A stretch of 64,000 nucleotides of DNA from an uncultured Gemmatimonadales bacterium (GTDB lineage Bacteria > Gemmatimonadota > Gemmatimonadetes > Gemmatimonadales > Gemmatimonadaceae): assembly GCA_963701965.1 (NCBI GenBank), contig OY969695.1, positions 800,001 through 864,000 of the forward strand, given 5' to 3'. The notes beneath the pieces were generated by a model that ran no database searches, was not told the DNA's origin, and saw only the letters and a program-made list of their open reading frames with translations. The translations under genes were made by a program, and so were the position numbers. Below, piece by piece: positions 11,159 through 28,873 of the stretch; the first letter of the stretch is position 1, and the number at the start of each line of letters is the position of its first letter.

Positions 11159-11671
11159 GCTTTGGCCCCATCGGTCCTGAACGACTGACTGCGGCGCACG
11201 ATGTGTCGCAGTTCAGTTGCGGCAAGCCGACCCTTGATCACTGGCTCAAGACGCGCGCCCTCTCCAACCAGGAGAGAGGCTTCACCGCCGTCATGGTCGT
11301 GCATCAGGCTGGCCGTGTGGTCGGATACTACTGGTCTGGCGCCGACAGCTGTAATTCCCAATGTGTTGCCTCGGTCGATTCGGACCGGTCAGCCTCCAGA
11401 TCCCGTCCCCTGCCTCTTGCTCGGTCAGCTGGCGACCGACATTGGCTGGGCGGGGCAAGGGATTGGCACCGGCCTGTTGAAGCACGCCTTGGAGCGCTGC
11501 GTGACGGCCGCGCAGCTGATCGGGGGGCGCGCGCTTGTGGTCAACGCCGTGGATAGCGAGGCTGCCAAGTTCTGGGAGCGACGAGGGTTCATCCCCTCGA
11601 AGGATGACCCGCTCGTGCTGTTCTGCTCGATCGCCTCGATCGCCACCTCCCTAGCCGAAGCGCGCCGATGA
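11155..11671 (+). CDS. GNAT acetyltransferase toxin (TacT/AtaT-like), frameshift near 11332
   Basis: PERLTAAHDVSQFSCGKPTLDHWLKTRAL...VVGYY, then shifted frame PVPCLLLGQLATDIGWAGQGIGTGLL...VNAVDSEAAKFWERRGF. Start codon uncertain. Confidence 0.85.
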
Positions 11672-11845
11672 TTGTGCGAAATACGTGGGCGACCGGCAAC
11701 CGGCTGATCCGAACAGTAGCTGGCGAAAATCGATGCCGCGCACCATAACGGTCGTGCACAACTGGACCTACGCGCTGAGGCGCACAGCCAAATAGAGGTC
11801 CGGGGCACCATTGGATGGAGCCCAATGAATTTAGAGGTGAGGAAG

Positions 11846-13352
<1,507 letters not shown>

Positions 13353-13387
13353 TCAGTGTCTCAAAACTACGGTCGCGTAACGCGAAG

Positions 13388-15733
<2,346 letters not shown>

Positions 15734-15736
15734 GCA

Positions 15737-16678
15737 TCACCGCGAAAAGTGATCGTAGCCCCGGGGCGGGTCAACGAGCCGGCCGCCGAGCGTCACATCC
15801 ACGCCACCCACGGGGTCAGTCCCGGCCACGACGCCGATCTCCGTCAGCCGCAGCTGAAACGCGCGCGCGAACGCCGCGCCGTCGAGCTCGACGCCAGGGC
15901 GCGCCACGATCAACAGTTCGTATTCCTCGCCGGACGCCGCGGCGTCGTACGGCGACACGCCGCTCACGCACGGCACGCGGTCGAGATCGAGCGCGAGCCG
16001 CACTTGGCTCGCCGCCGCAATGTGACTGGCATCGGCGACCAACCCGTCGGAGATGTCGATCGCCGCCGCCGCGCCATGCGTCGCCAGCCAACGCGAAGCC
16101 ATGAGCCGCGGCTCCGGCCGCACGAATCGCTGTCGCGCACTCGCGGCCGGCGGCCGGCCGGCCATAAGGGCCGCGAGCGCCGCGAGCGGTCCGCCCAGTG
16201 TTCCCGTGACATACACCCGGCCACCCGGCGCCGCGCCGGCGCGGGACAGCGGATGCGATGACACGCCGAGCACGGTCACGGTGAGCGCGAGCATCTCGCC
16301 GCGCACTGTGTCGCCGCCGACGATCGGCGCCCGCGCAGCGCGCGCCGCCTCACCAACGCCATCGGCCAGTCCCGCCACGGACTCGCGCCAGGCGGCGGGC
16401 AGCGTCAGCGCCAGCAGCACACCAATGGGCGTGGCCGCGACCGCGGCCAGATCGCTCAGCGCGGCCGCCGTCGCGCGATAGCCGATCTCCTCCGGCGTCA
16501 TCCAGTCGCGCCGAAAGTGCACGCCTTCGACGCTGGTGTCGGTGCTGACGAGCAGTCGCTGGCCGTCGGGGACCAAGAGATCGGCCGCGTCCCCGCCAAT
16601 CAGCGACGCCGACGCGCCCCAGCGGGCGACCAGTTCGCGAATGGCGTCGAATTCGCCGCCGGGGCCGAGCGCGGTCAC
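15737..16678 (-). CDS. thiL: Thiamine-monophosphate kinase
   Basis: EFDAI, STDTSVEGVHF, LSDLAA, IVGGDT, AIDISDGL, GEEYELL, GYDHF. GTG start overlaps the upstream TGA. Confidence 0.93.
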   Translation of the reverse strand: MTALGPGGEFDAIRELVARWGASASLIGGDAADLLVPDGQRLLVSTDTSVEGVHFRRDWMTPEEIGYRATAAALSDLAAVAATPIGVLLALTLPAAWRESVAGLADGVGEAARAARAPIVGGDTVRGEMLALTVTVLGVSSHPLSRAGAAPGGRVYVTGTLGGPLAALAALMAGRPPAASARQRFVRPEPRLMASRWLATHGAAAAIDISDGLVADASHIAAASQVRLALDLDRVPCVSGVSPYDAAASGEEYELLIVARPGVELDGAAFARAFQLRLTEIGVVAGTDPVGGVDVTLGGRLVDPPRGYDHFSR

Positions 16679-18285
16679 GCGCTCGAGCCAAGCTCGCCGA
16701 CGGGTGGCAGCTCGGCGATCACGGGATACGAGGGCCGCCCACCGGCCGCCACTGCTGCCCAGGCGTCGCCGAACACGCCGGCGACATCGTCGAGCGTCAC
16801 CGCGCGCACCGCTCTCCCGGCGTTGGCGATTTCGGCGGCGGTGCCATGGACCCACGCCGCGCAGGCCGCGCTGGCGAAGGGATCGCCAGTCTGGGCCAGC
16901 AGCGTCGCCGCCACGCCGGCCAGGAGATCGCCGCTCCCACCCGCGGCCAACACCGGGGTACCGGCGGCACTGACCACGCGGTCACCGTTGGGCGCCGAGA
17001 CAATGGTCGGCACGCCTTTGAGCAACACCGACGCGCCCAGTTGTTTGGCCAAGGCGGCACCGGCATCGAAGCGGTTAGCCAGCACATCTTCCACTGGCCG
17101 GCCGGTGAGTCGGCCGAACTCCACGGGGTGCGGAGTGATGAGCGCCGGCCGGCCGCCCAGCGCCGCAGCCAGCGCCGGCACGCGACCGGCAAAGATGTTG
17201 AGCGCATCGGCGTCGACGACGGTCGGCCCGGTCCAGCCCCGGAGCACCCGGTCGACGAGGGCCCGGGACTCCTCGGTCGTGCCAAGTCCTGGGCCGAGCA
17301 ACACGGCGTGGGCGAAAGATGCGATCTCGCGCTCCACGGCCGCGTCATCGGCCGGCCACGGGAATGCCAGCGAGTCGGACGCGATCGTCTGGGCGACGGA
17401 CACGTTCGTGGGAGCGACGAACAGGCGAATCAAACCGATCCCGCTCCGATGGGCGGCGCGCGCCGCCAGGGCGGCAGCGCCGAACATCGACGGGCCCCCG
17501 GCGATGATCGCCAAGCGGCGGCGGGTGCCCTTGTTCGACTCGGCGGCGATCGCCGGCACGCGCCCGCGGACCCACGATGCGTCCACCAAAGTCGTGCCGC
17601 CCACCCGCGGCGGCAGGCCGATGTCCAGCACGACTATGCGCCCGGCGCGCCCACGGGCGACCAGGAGGCCACGCTTGAGGGTCCCAAATGTCAACGTGAG
17701 ATCAGCGGTTACGGCCCGGGAGTCATGATCATGACCGTCGTCCCCGGCGTGGCCACTGGTGGCATCCACGCCGCTCGGGACGTCGAGCGCTACGACGCGC
17801 GCGCCTGCGGCGCGCCGCGCGGCGATCTGCGCGATGGCCCCCGCGATGGGCTCGCGCGGCGCGCCGGTGCTCCCGGTCCCCAGCAATCCGTCGACAATGA
17901 CGGCCGCGCCCACCGTATTCGTGACACCCATGGCATCGGCCGCACTGGCCCCACCGGCCGTGACGCCTAGCTGCGACGCCGCGAAGCGGCGCGCGGCCTG
18001 GGCGTCGGGCGTCCGCGGCTCCAACACTTCCACGACCCGCACCGGCACGCCGGCCACTGCCAACGCCGCCGCCACCACCCACGCGTCGCCGCCGTTGTTC
18101 CCCGGCCCGGCGAACACCAATACGCCGCCGGACAGGACGTCCGCGTAACGCCGCACGATCTCGCCGGCCGCGGCCATGCCCGCCGACCGCATGAGGGCCA
18201 GCGACGGGATGCCGGACTCGATCCCCGCTCGATCGTGCTCGGCGCTCTCGGACGCCGAGGTGACGGCGACCGGGGAGCGTGCCAT
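16675..18285 (-). CDS. nnr: Bifunctional NAD(P)H-hydrate epimerase/dehydratase (YjeF)
   Basis: GPGNNGGDA, VDGLLGTG, LDVPSG, GPGLG, DADAL, TPHPVEF, LLKG, GGSGDLLAG. Confidence 0.93.
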   Translation of the reverse strand: MARSPVAVTSASESAEHDRAGIESGIPSLALMRSAGMAAAGEIVRRYADVLSGGVLVFAGPGNNGGDAWVVAAALAVAGVPVRVVEVLEPRTPDAQAARRFAASQLGVTAGGASAADAMGVTNTVGAAVIVDGLLGTGSTGAPREPIAGAIAQIAARRAAGARVVALDVPSGVDATSGHAGDDGHDHDSRAVTADLTLTFGTLKRGLLVARGRAGRIVVLDIGLPPRVGGTTLVDASWVRGRVPAIAAESNKGTRRRLAIIAGGPSMFGAAALAARAAHRSGIGLIRLFVAPTNVSVAQTIASDSLAFPWPADDAAVEREIASFAHAVLLGPGLGTTEESRALVDRVLRGWTGPTVVDADALNIFAGRVPALAAALGGRPALITPHPVEFGRLTGRPVEDVLANRFDAGAALAKQLGASVLLKGVPTIVSAPNGDRVVSAAGTPVLAAGGSGDLLAGVAATLLAQTGDPFASAACAAWVHGTAAEIANAGRAVRAVTLDDVAGVFGDAWAAVAAGGRPSYPVIAELPPVGELGSSA

Positions 18286-18310
18286 CACGATGCGTCGGTT
18301 GTCAGGGATC

Positions 18311-18698
18311 CTACGCGCGTTGCGCGGCGTTCCATGGGTAGTTCTGCTCGAACGCCTCGTCGAAATCGAACACCGCGAGAAAATCATCGCGGCTGTCTGT
18401 CGGTTGGCTGATCGAGCAGATTCAGCTCGACGAGCGTGAACACGATGTCGCCAATGTCGCCGCTGGCGTGCACGCCCCAGTGGCTCAACACCTGGCGGGC
18501 CAACACCCCGTACCGCTCCAGCGCGAGATCCCGGCACGCCATCGCCAACTCCCGCCCGGTGATGTGCCGGCGCTCGGTCAACCGCGCCTGGCAAAACTCC
18601 AACGCCGAGAGGACAAAGAGGTAGGCGTGCTCGTGGAAGCGCCGCTCGCGCAAGCGGATCTGGTCCATGATCCCGTCCCGGAATGCCAGTTCGGCCAC
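18311..18698 (-). CDS. Conserved hypothetical protein (Minf_1886-like family), frameshift near 18412
   Basis: RFHEHAYLFVLSAL...HITGREL...LARQVLSHWGV..GDIGDIVFTLVE, then QPTDSRDDF..FDFDEAF. Confidence 0.75.
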
Positions 18699-18713
18699 GG
18701 TCTCCCTACCTCG

Positions 18714-20003
18714 TCACCGCCGCGCACCCTCAGCGACGGGATACAAGGGGAACGCCCCAGTCAACTCGCGCACATCCTCCCGCACGGTCTTCGCCAGATC
18801 CTCATCGGTCGGTGCCGACAGCACCCGGTCAATGCACTCCGCCACCCGGTGCATCTCCGGCTCCTTGAAGCCCCGCGTCGTCACGGCCGGCGTGCCAATC
18901 CGAATACCGCTCGTCACGAACGGCGACTGCGTCTCCCGCGGAACCGTGTTCTTGTTGACGGTGATGCCGGCGGCGTCGAGCGCCTTCTCCGCCGCCTTCC
19001 CCGTGAGCCCCTTGTTCCGCAGATCGACGAGCATGAGATGCGTATCCGTCCCGCCGGAGACGACCTGATAGTCGCGCTTGATCAGGTCCGCCGCCAGAGC
19101 CTTCGCGTTGGCGACGACCTGCCGCGAATACACGGCGAACGACGGATCCAGCGCTTCCTTGAATGCCACGGCCTTGGCCGCGATCACGTGCTCCAGCGGT
19201 CCGCCCTGCAGTCCGGGGAACACGGCCTTGTCGATGGCCTTGGCGTGGGCCGCCGTACAGAGCACGAGACCAGCCCGCGGGCCCCGCAGCGTCTTGTGTG
19301 TCGTCGTCGTGACGACGTCGGCGTACGGCACCGGCGACGGATGGACGCCGGTCGCGACCAATCCCGCGATATGCGCCATGTCGACCAGGAAATACGCGCC
19401 GACCTCGCGCGCGATCGACGCGAATGCCGCGAAGTCGATCGTGCGCGCATACGCGCTGCCACCGGCGATGATCATCCGCGGCTTGTGCTCGCGCGCCAGC
19501 GCGCTCACGGCGTCGTAATCGATGAGCCCCTGATCGGTGACACCGTAGTGCACAGCCCGGTACAGGATACCGGAGAAGTTGACCGGTGAGCCGTGCGTCA
19601 GGTGTCCGCCCTGCGAGAGATCGAGGCCCATGAACGTCTCGCCGGGCTTCATCAGGGCCAGGAACACGGCCTGATTGGCCTGGGCGCCCGAGTGGGGCTG
19701 GACGTTCGCGTGCTCGGCCTTGAACAGCGCCTTCGCCCGATCGATCGCCAACTGCTCGACCTGGTCGACGAACTCGCAGCCGCCGTAGTAGCGCTTGCCA
19801 GGCAAGCCCTCGGCGTACTTGTTCGTCAGCGGCGAGCCCATGGCCTCGAGCACAGCCGGCGAGACGAAATTCTCGCTGGCAATCAGCTCGAGTCCTTCGG
19901 ACTGCCGCTCGATCTCGCGCTCGATCAGCCGCGCGATCTCGGGGTCCGTTTCATTGAGCGCTGCCCCTGGCGGGCACCGGTCCCAATTCGACCACTTCAT
20001 CAT
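18714..20003 (-). CDS. glyA: Serine hydroxymethyltransferase
   Basis: [42 protein letters not shown]. Confidence 0.97.
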   Translation of the reverse strand: MMKWSNWDRCPPGAALNETDPEIARLIEREIERQSEGLELIASENFVSPAVLEAMGSPLTNKYAEGLPGKRYYGGCEFVDQVEQLAIDRAKALFKAEHANVQPHSGAQANQAVFLALMKPGETFMGLDLSQGGHLTHGSPVNFSGILYRAVHYGVTDQGLIDYDAVSALAREHKPRMIIAGGSAYARTIDFAAFASIAREVGAYFLVDMAHIAGLVATGVHPSPVPYADVVTTTTHKTLRGPRAGLVLCTAAHAKAIDKAVFPGLQGGPLEHVIAAKAVAFKEALDPSFAVYSRQVVANAKALAADLIKRDYQVVSGGTDTHLMLVDLRNKGLTGKAAEKALDAAGITVNKNTVPRETQSPFVTSGIRIGTPAVTTRGFKEPEMHRVAECIDRVLSAPTDEDLAKTVREDVRELTGAFPLYPVAEGARR

Positions 20004-20039
20004 CCCCATCATACCACCTCGCCCCGCCCAGGGCCACTC

Positions 20040-21197
20040 TCAGTCTTCGTACAGGGATCGGCCGATGACGATGCGCTGAATCTCCGACGTCCCCTCGTAA
20101 ATCTCCGTGACTTTGGCGTCGCGGAACAGCCGCTCGACCGGGTACTCCTTCACATAGCCGTAGCCGCCGAAGACCTGGACCGCCTGCGTCGCCACCCACA
20201 TCGCCATCTCGCTGGCCGCGAGCTTGGCCATGGAGCTGAGCTGCGTGATGGGCAACCCGCGGTCCTTGGCCGCCGCAGCCGCGAACACCAGCGCCCGCGC
20301 CTGGGAGTACCGGGTGGCCATGTCGGCGAGCTTGAACTGGATGGCGCCGTGCGCCCGGATCGGCTGACCGAACTGCCGCCGCTCCCCCGCGTAACGGACC
20401 GAATGCTCGAGCGCCGCGCGCCCGATCCCGAGGGCTTGGGCCGCGATGCCCAGCCGCCCGTTCTCCAGCGATCCGAGAGCGTAGGCGAGTCCGTCCCCTT
20501 CGGCACCCAGCAGGCGGTCGGCGGGGACGCGCAGGTTGTCGAACGTGAGCTGAACGGTGGGCGACGCGCACAATCCCATCTTGTCTTCCAGCTTGCCCAC
20601 GTGAAACCCGGGCAGATCAGGCGTCACGATGAACGCCGAAATGCCCCGGGCGCCCTGCCGGTCGCCGGGCGTGTCGGTCCGGGCCATCGCCAGCACGACC
20701 CCCGCGCGATTGCCGTTCGACACCCAGGCCTTGGTGCCGTTCAGCACCCAGCAGTCGCCGTCGCGGACGGCCTGGGTCCGCAACGCCGCCGCGTCCGACC
20801 CGGCGTCCGGTTCCGAGAGCGCGAACACGCCCAAGGCCTCGCCGCGCGCCATGGGCTTCAAGAACCGCTCCTTCTGCGCGTCGGTCCCGCGCGCCAGAAT
20901 CATCTGGGTCGGGAGCGAGTTGTGGACGCTCAGCAACACCGCGGTGGACGCATCCGCGGCGGCGATCTCCTCCAACGCCAGGAGATAGGTGGTCGTGTCG
21001 ACTCCGAGTCCGTCATACTCGGGAGGGATGAGCATGCCGAGAAATCCCAGCTCCGCCAGCCGCCCGACGAGCGTCTGGTCGGGCTCCCCAGCTTGATCCC
21101 ATCCCGCGGCGAATGGCACGATCCACTCGGCCGCGAAATCCCGGGCGACGCGCTGGATCTCCCGCTGCTCTTCCGTCAGCGCCAGAAATTCGCGCAT
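20040..21197 (-). CDS. Acyl-CoA dehydrogenase (short-chain type)
   Basis: ALSEPDAGSD, LNGTKAWVSNG, EDKMG, RQFGQPI, QVFGGYGY, IYEGTSEIQR. Has its own ATG at 21197. Confidence 0.93.
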   Translation of the reverse strand: MREFLALTEEQREIQRVARDFAAEWIVPFAAGWDQAGEPDQTLVGRLAELGFLGMLIPPEYDGLGVDTTTYLLALEEIAAADASTAVLLSVHNSLPTQMILARGTDAQKERFLKPMARGEALGVFALSEPDAGSDAAALRTQAVRDGDCWVLNGTKAWVSNGNRAGVVLAMARTDTPGDRQGARGISAFIVTPDLPGFHVGKLEDKMGLCASPTVQLTFDNLRVPADRLLGAEGDGLAYALGSLENGRLGIAAQALGIGRAALEHSVRYAGERRQFGQPIRAHGAIQFKLADMATRYSQARALVFAAAAAKDRGLPITQLSSMAKLAASEMAMWVATQAVQVFGGYGYVKEYPVERLFRDAKVTEIYEGTSEIQRIVIGRSLYED

Positions 21198-22046
21198 CAG
21201 TCGTACTGGTAGAAGCCGCGTTTCGTCTTGCGGCCGAGCCATCCCGCCGCGACGTACTTCCGGAGCAACGGACAGGCGCGATACTTGGGATCGCCGAGAC
21301 CGTTCTTGAGCACGTCGAGAATCGACACGCACGTATCGAGCCCGATCAGGTCGGCAAGCGCGAGCGGCCCCATCGGGATGATTCATGCCGAGAGTCATCA
21401 CCGTGTCGATGGCTTCGGGCGTGCCGACGCCTTCCATCACGCAATAGGCCGCTTCATTGATCATGGGCATGAGTACGCGGTTGGCGACGAATCCGGGATA
21501 GTCGCGGACCTCGACCGGCGTCTTGCCCAGCCGCTTCGACAGTCCGATCACCGTGGCTGTCGTCTCATCCGACGTCGCCAACCCGCGGATCACTTCCACG
21601 AGGCGCATCACCGGCACCGGATTCATGAAGTGCATCCCGATCACGCGATCGGGACGGCCGGTGTGGGCCGCGATCTCGGTAATGGAGATCGAGCTGGTGT
21701 TCGACGCCAGGATCGCCCCGGCCGGCGCGATGGTGTCCAGCTCGGAGAACAACTCGAACTTGAGCGCGATGTTCTCGGTCGCGGCCTCGACGACCAGCGC
21801 CGCGTCGTGCGCGGCGCCGAGCTCGGTCGAGACGGCGATCCGCGCCAACGCCGCGTCCCGGGCGTCGGCCGTGATCGTGCCCTTTTTCACTTGCCGCTCG
21901 AGGTTCGCCGTGATCGTCGCCTTTCCCCGGGCGAGTGCTTCGGCCGACACATCGACCATCGTGACGGGGATGTCCGCGACCGCGAACGTGTGGGCGATCC
22001 CGTTGCCCATCTGACCCGCGCCAACCACCAATACCCGGTCAGCCAT
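21197..22046 (-). CDS. hbd: 3-hydroxybutyryl-CoA dehydrogenase, frameshift near 21373
   Basis: [38 protein letters not shown]. Shifted frame gives [13 protein letters not shown]...[19 protein letters not shown]. Confidence 0.92.
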
Positions 22047-22048
22047 GG

Positions 22049-23266
22049 TCAAATACGCTCGACGGTGAGGGCCACGGCATCGCCGCCGCCAAGACACAGC
22101 GTCGCCAAACCGATCGACAGCTTCCGGTTTTTGAGCGCGTACAGAAGCGTGGTCAACACGCGGGCGCCGCTGGCGCCGATCGGGTGACCCAGCGCAATGG
22201 CGCCGCCGTTGACGTTCACGCGACTCCAGTCCCAGCCCAACTCTTGGCCGTCGGCCAGTGCCTGTGAGGCAAACGCCTCGTTGGCTTCGATGAGATCGTA
22301 GTCGCTGATCTTCGTTCCCGCGCGCTTCATGAGCTGGCGCACGGCCATCACTGGCGCGAAAAAGAGCTCCTGGGGCTCGACGGCTCCTGTGCCGTAGCCC
22401 GTGATCTTGGCCATCGGCGTCAAACCGTGTGCGGCGGCATACGCTGCCGACACGACGACGAGCGCTGACGCGCCGTCGTTGAGCGATGACGCGTTGCCCG
22501 CCGTGACGCTCAACTCGGTCGCCGACATCCCGCGGGCATCGGCCGCGAACGCCGGCTTGAGCTTGGCCAGAGACTCGACCGAGGCATCGCCCCGTGGACC
22601 CTCATCGGCGGCGATCGTCGTCGCGCCTTTCTTGCCCGGTACATCCACCGGCACGATCTCATCATTGAACTTGCCCGCGGCCGCGGCGGCCACCGCCCGC
22701 TTGTGCGACTCGACGGCGAACGCGTCCTGCGCCTGGCGCGTGACGTGGGCCTTCTTGGCCGTGTACTCGGCGTGCCCGCCCATGTGCACGTCGCAGAACG
22801 AGCACCACAATCCGTCCTTGATGACGCCGTCCGTCAGCGTCTGATTGCCCAGCTTCACGCCGTTCCGCATCCCATAGTTGTAGTACGGGGCGTTGGACAT
22901 GGACTCCTGACCGCCCGCGACCACGACGTCGGCATCGCCGGCTTTGATGGCCTGCGCCGCGAGCATGACCGCGGCGAGCCCGGAGCCGCACACCTTGTTG
23001 ATGGTCAGCGCCGACACCCCCGCCGGCAGCCCGGCGTGAATGGCCGCCTGCCGCGCGGGGGCTTGGCCCACCCCGCCCTGCACCACGTTGCCGAAGATCA
23101 CGTCGGTGATGTCGGCCTGGTCGAGGCCCGCGCGCTCCACCGCGGCCCGAATGGCCACGGCACCGAGCTGCGGCGCACTGACCGGCGCCAGTCCGCCAAG
23201 AAAACGGCCGATCGGCGTGCGGGCCGCCGACAGGATCACGGGAGTACGATCGTTGATATTGGACAT
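22049..23266 (-). CDS. Acetyl-CoA C-acetyltransferase (thiolase)
   Basis: ARTPIG, INKVCGSG, NEAFA, GHPIGASG, CLGGG. Confidence 0.95.
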   Translation of the reverse strand: MSNINDRTPVILSAARTPIGRFLGGLAPVSAPQLGAVAIRAAVERAGLDQADITDVIFGNVVQGGVGQAPARQAAIHAGLPAGVSALTINKVCGSGLAAVMLAAQAIKAGDADVVVAGGQESMSNAPYYNYGMRNGVKLGNQTLTDGVIKDGLWCSFCDVHMGGHAEYTAKKAHVTRQAQDAFAVESHKRAVAAAAAGKFNDEIVPVDVPGKKGATTIAADEGPRGDASVESLAKLKPAFAADARGMSATELSVTAGNASSLNDGASALVVVSAAYAAAHGLTPMAKITGYGTGAVEPQELFFAPVMAVRQLMKRAGTKISDYDLIEANEAFASQALADGQELGWDWSRVNVNGGAIALGHPIGASGARVLTTLLYALKNRKLSIGLATLCLGGGDAVALTVERI

Positions 23267-25228
23267 CTAGTGGCCACCTGCTCGAAGATCGAGCGCGCGC
23301 GTGGCAATCTCATGTCGCACACGCGCGATGAAGTCGTCGACGGAAATAGGCGTCGGGCGCTGCTTCTCTCCTGCCCCACGCACGCTGACTGCGACCGTCC
23401 CGGCCTGCGCTTCGCGCGGACCGATGACGGCGAGATACGGCACCTTTTGCAGATTTGCCTCGCGTAAACGGAACTGCAGGGTCTCGGCCCGCGCGTCGAG
23501 ATGCGAGCGGATTCCCGCCGCGCGCAGACGTTCGTGCACCGTGGTCGCCGACGCGTTCACCTCGTCGGTGAGCGGGAGGACCCGCACTTGCTCCGGCGCG
23601 AGCCAGACCGGGAAGGCACCCGCATAGTGTTCGATCAATCCGCCCACGAACCGCTCCATCGAACCCACGAGCACGCAATGCAGCATCACGGGCCGATGGC
23701 CCGCATTGTCGGACCCCGTGTACTCGAGCTGGAAGCGCTCGGGCAAATTGAAATCGAGTTGCACGGTGGGCCCCTGCCACTCCCGGCCAATGGCATCCAC
23801 CAGCTTGAAGTCCAACTTGGGCCCGTAGAACGCGCCGCCGCCCGCATCGATCCGGAACGCCTGCCCCCGCGACTCCAGCACCGCGGCCAGCCTTTGCTCC
23901 GCCTCGGCCCACACTTCGGGGCTCCCCAGGGATTTCTCCGGACGGGTCGATAGCTCGATGGCGTACGCATACCCGAACGTCGACATCATCTCGTGGACGA
24001 GATCGAGCAGACGGCCGATTTCGCTGTCGACTTGCTCCGGCGTGCAGAAGACGTGGGCATCGTCCTGCGTGAACCCGCGCACCCGCAACATGCCGTGCAG
24101 CACCCCGCTCCGTTCGTACCGGTAGACGGTGCCGAACTCCGCGTAGCGGATCGGCAGGTCGCGGTAGGAACGGGGCTTCGACTGATAGACGGCAATGTGT
24201 CCGGGACAGTTCATGGGCTTTGGACGATAGCCAACCCCGTCGACGTCCATCGCGCTGAACATGTTCTCCTTGAACGTCTGCAGGTGCCCCGAGATCTCGA
24301 AGATCTTCTCGTTATAAATGTGCGGGGTGTAGACGAGGTCGTACCCGTGCCGCAGGACGAGATCGCGCTCGAAGTTCTCGATCTCCATCCGGATCACGGC
24401 ACCCTTGGGATGCCAGAGGATGAGGCCGGGTCCCACCCGGGGATCCGTCGAGAAGAGATCGAGCTGCGCGCCCAGCACGCAATGATCCCGGCGCTTGGCT
24501 TCCTCCAAGCAATGGAGATGCTCGCCCAACGCGGGCTCGGACCAGAAGGCCGTCCCGTATATCCGTTGCAGCATCTGCCGCTTCTCGTCACCGCGCCAAT
24601 ACGCGCCCGCGGTGTGGAGCAGCTTGAAATGCTTGAGGAATCCGGTGTCCGGCACGTGCGGACCGCGACACAAGTCGGTGAAAGGGCCGTCGGTGTAGGT
24701 GGAGATGATCTCATCATCCCCGAGCTCGGCGATCCGTTCGAGCTTGAGCGGATCGTCGGCAAAACGCCGGACGGCGTCCCCTCGCGTCACCTCTTCCCGC
24801 ACGAACGGCAAGCGCTCGGCGACGACGCGCCGCATCTCGGCCTCGAACGCCGCCACGTCCTCGGGGGTGAACGGCTCGCCGACCCCGAAGTCGTAGTAGA
24901 ACCCCTCGTCGATCGCCGGTCCGAACCCGATCTGGGCGTCCGGCTTGAGCCGGCGCACCGCGGTCGCCAGCACGTGGGCGGCCGAGTGCCGCAGCACCGC
25001 CAGCGAGCGCTCATCCTTCTCGGTCAAAACGACGAAAGCGCCGTCCGACCGGAGCGGCGTCATGAGATCCTGGATTTCCCCGTTTACGGCCACGGCGACC
25101 GCCGCCTTGGCCAGGCGGGGGCCGATTGACTCCACGACGACGCGCGGGAGGGTGCCCTCGGGCACCTCCCGGACGCTGCCGTCAGGCAAGGTAAAACGAA
25201 GCATCCGGGCTGGAGCGGTTGCTACCAC
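23267..25228 (-). CDS. thrS: Threonine--tRNA ligase
   Basis: TGS domain, HSAAH, DLCRGPH, KPMNCPGH, YRYERSG, FTQDDAH, GSMERF. Start at GTG 25228 or ATG 25204. Confidence 0.97.
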   Translation of the reverse strand: MVATAPARMLRFTLPDGSVREVPEGTLPRVVVESIGPRLAKAAVAVAVNGEIQDLMTPLRSDGAFVVLTEKDERSLAVLRHSAAHVLATAVRRLKPDAQIGFGPAIDEGFYYDFGVGEPFTPEDVAAFEAEMRRVVAERLPFVREEVTRGDAVRRFADDPLKLERIAELGDDEIISTYTDGPFTDLCRGPHVPDTGFLKHFKLLHTAGAYWRGDEKRQMLQRIYGTAFWSEPALGEHLHCLEEAKRRDHCVLGAQLDLFSTDPRVGPGLILWHPKGAVIRMEIENFERDLVLRHGYDLVYTPHIYNEKIFEISGHLQTFKENMFSAMDVDGVGYRPKPMNCPGHIAVYQSKPRSYRDLPIRYAEFGTVYRYERSGVLHGMLRVRGFTQDDAHVFCTPEQVDSEIGRLLDLVHEMMSTFGYAYAIELSTRPEKSLGSPEVWAEAEQRLAAVLESRGQAFRIDAGGGAFYGPKLDFKLVDAIGREWQGPTVQLDFNLPERFQLEYTGSDNAGHRPVMLHCVLVGSMERFVGGLIEHYAGAFPVWLAPEQVRVLPLTDEVNASATTVHERLRAAGIRSHLDARAETLQFRLREANLQKVPYLAVIGPREAQAGTVAVSVRGAGEKQRPTPISVDDFIARVRHEIATRALDLRAGGH

Positions 25229-25458
25229 ACTACTTACCCCCGCCGAGCATCGGCGCGAGTGAGGTTTGATACCGGAAATAGAGAACGACGCCGGCACCGG
25301 CCAGAAGCGCTATGGCAAGCCAGACGCCGTACCGCCAGGGCGGGCGCGATGGCGACCGATTCGGTTCGCTCACAAATTGGCCTTGTTCTTGCCCGCCACA
25401 GACTTGGAAATTAACCGTTGACGTTCGTCCCTCGCCACCGCCTCGCACGGGAGAGTGT

Positions 25459-26103
25459 ATGTCCCGGTACCGAATCCGAGTCAATGATGAAGATGAGGGC
25501 GGCCCGAATGGCCTGCTCCTGCTCACCGCGGGAGCGCTCGCCGGGTTCGCAGCGGGTGTCTATCTCTCTCAACGGTTTGGCGGCATCGCGGGCGTGACGT
25601 CGCGACTCCGCGAGCAGTTCGGCCGTCACACGACCAGCGAACGGGGCGCCGGCAACGGCGACGAATACGAGGGCGAGGAGGAAGACGAACTTGCCGAGCA
25701 CGAGTCATTTGTGAGCGCGAACGAGGAGCTGGAGGAGCGGGTCCTCGAGGCGTTCACGCACGACCCCACGCTCAAGGAGCGGGCCGTCGATATCGGCGCG
25801 GTCGCCGACCGCACCATCGAGCTGACGGGACACGTGTTCAGCACGTTCGAGTCCGAGCACGCGACGACGATCGCCCGTGGCGTACCGGGGGTCGAGACGG
25901 TCGTGAACCGGCTGTCCGTCCGGTCGGATGAGCAGGACGAGACGGACGAAACGGACGTGGAGGCGACGTCCAATGTCGTCCTGGACGAGCATTGGGACGA
26001 TGCGGATGAGCCGCTGTCGGACGCCAATGGTCCGGCCGACCAGGGGCGGCCCAGCTTTTACGAGACCCGCGACCGGGGGACGGAACCCCCACCGCCCGCC
26101 TAG
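25459..26103 (+). CDS. BON domain-containing membrane protein
   Basis: GGGAG RBS; N-terminal TM; BON motif LEERVLEAF...IELTGHV...ARGVPGVETVVNRLSV. Confidence 0.8.
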   Translation: MSRYRIRVNDEDEGGPNGLLLLTAGALAGFAAGVYLSQRFGGIAGVTSRLREQFGRHTTSERGAGNGDEYEGEEEDELAEHESFVSANEELEERVLEAFTHDPTLKERAVDIGAVADRTIELTGHVFSTFESEHATTIARGVPGVETVVNRLSVRSDEQDETDETDVEATSNVVLDEHWDDADEPLSDANGPADQGRPSFYETRDRGTEPPPPA

Positions 26104-26125
26104 CCCTGTTGGTTATCTTGCTCGG

Positions 26126-28869
<2,744 letters not shown>

Positions 28870-28873
<4 letters not shown>

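Noticed and set aside
20040..22097. 685-aa Hbd/acyl-CoA dehydrogenase fusion in the ORF track
   Set aside because: It is caused by one extra base near 21373. The true Hbd C-terminus and stop lie in another frame, and the dehydrogenase has its own ATG.
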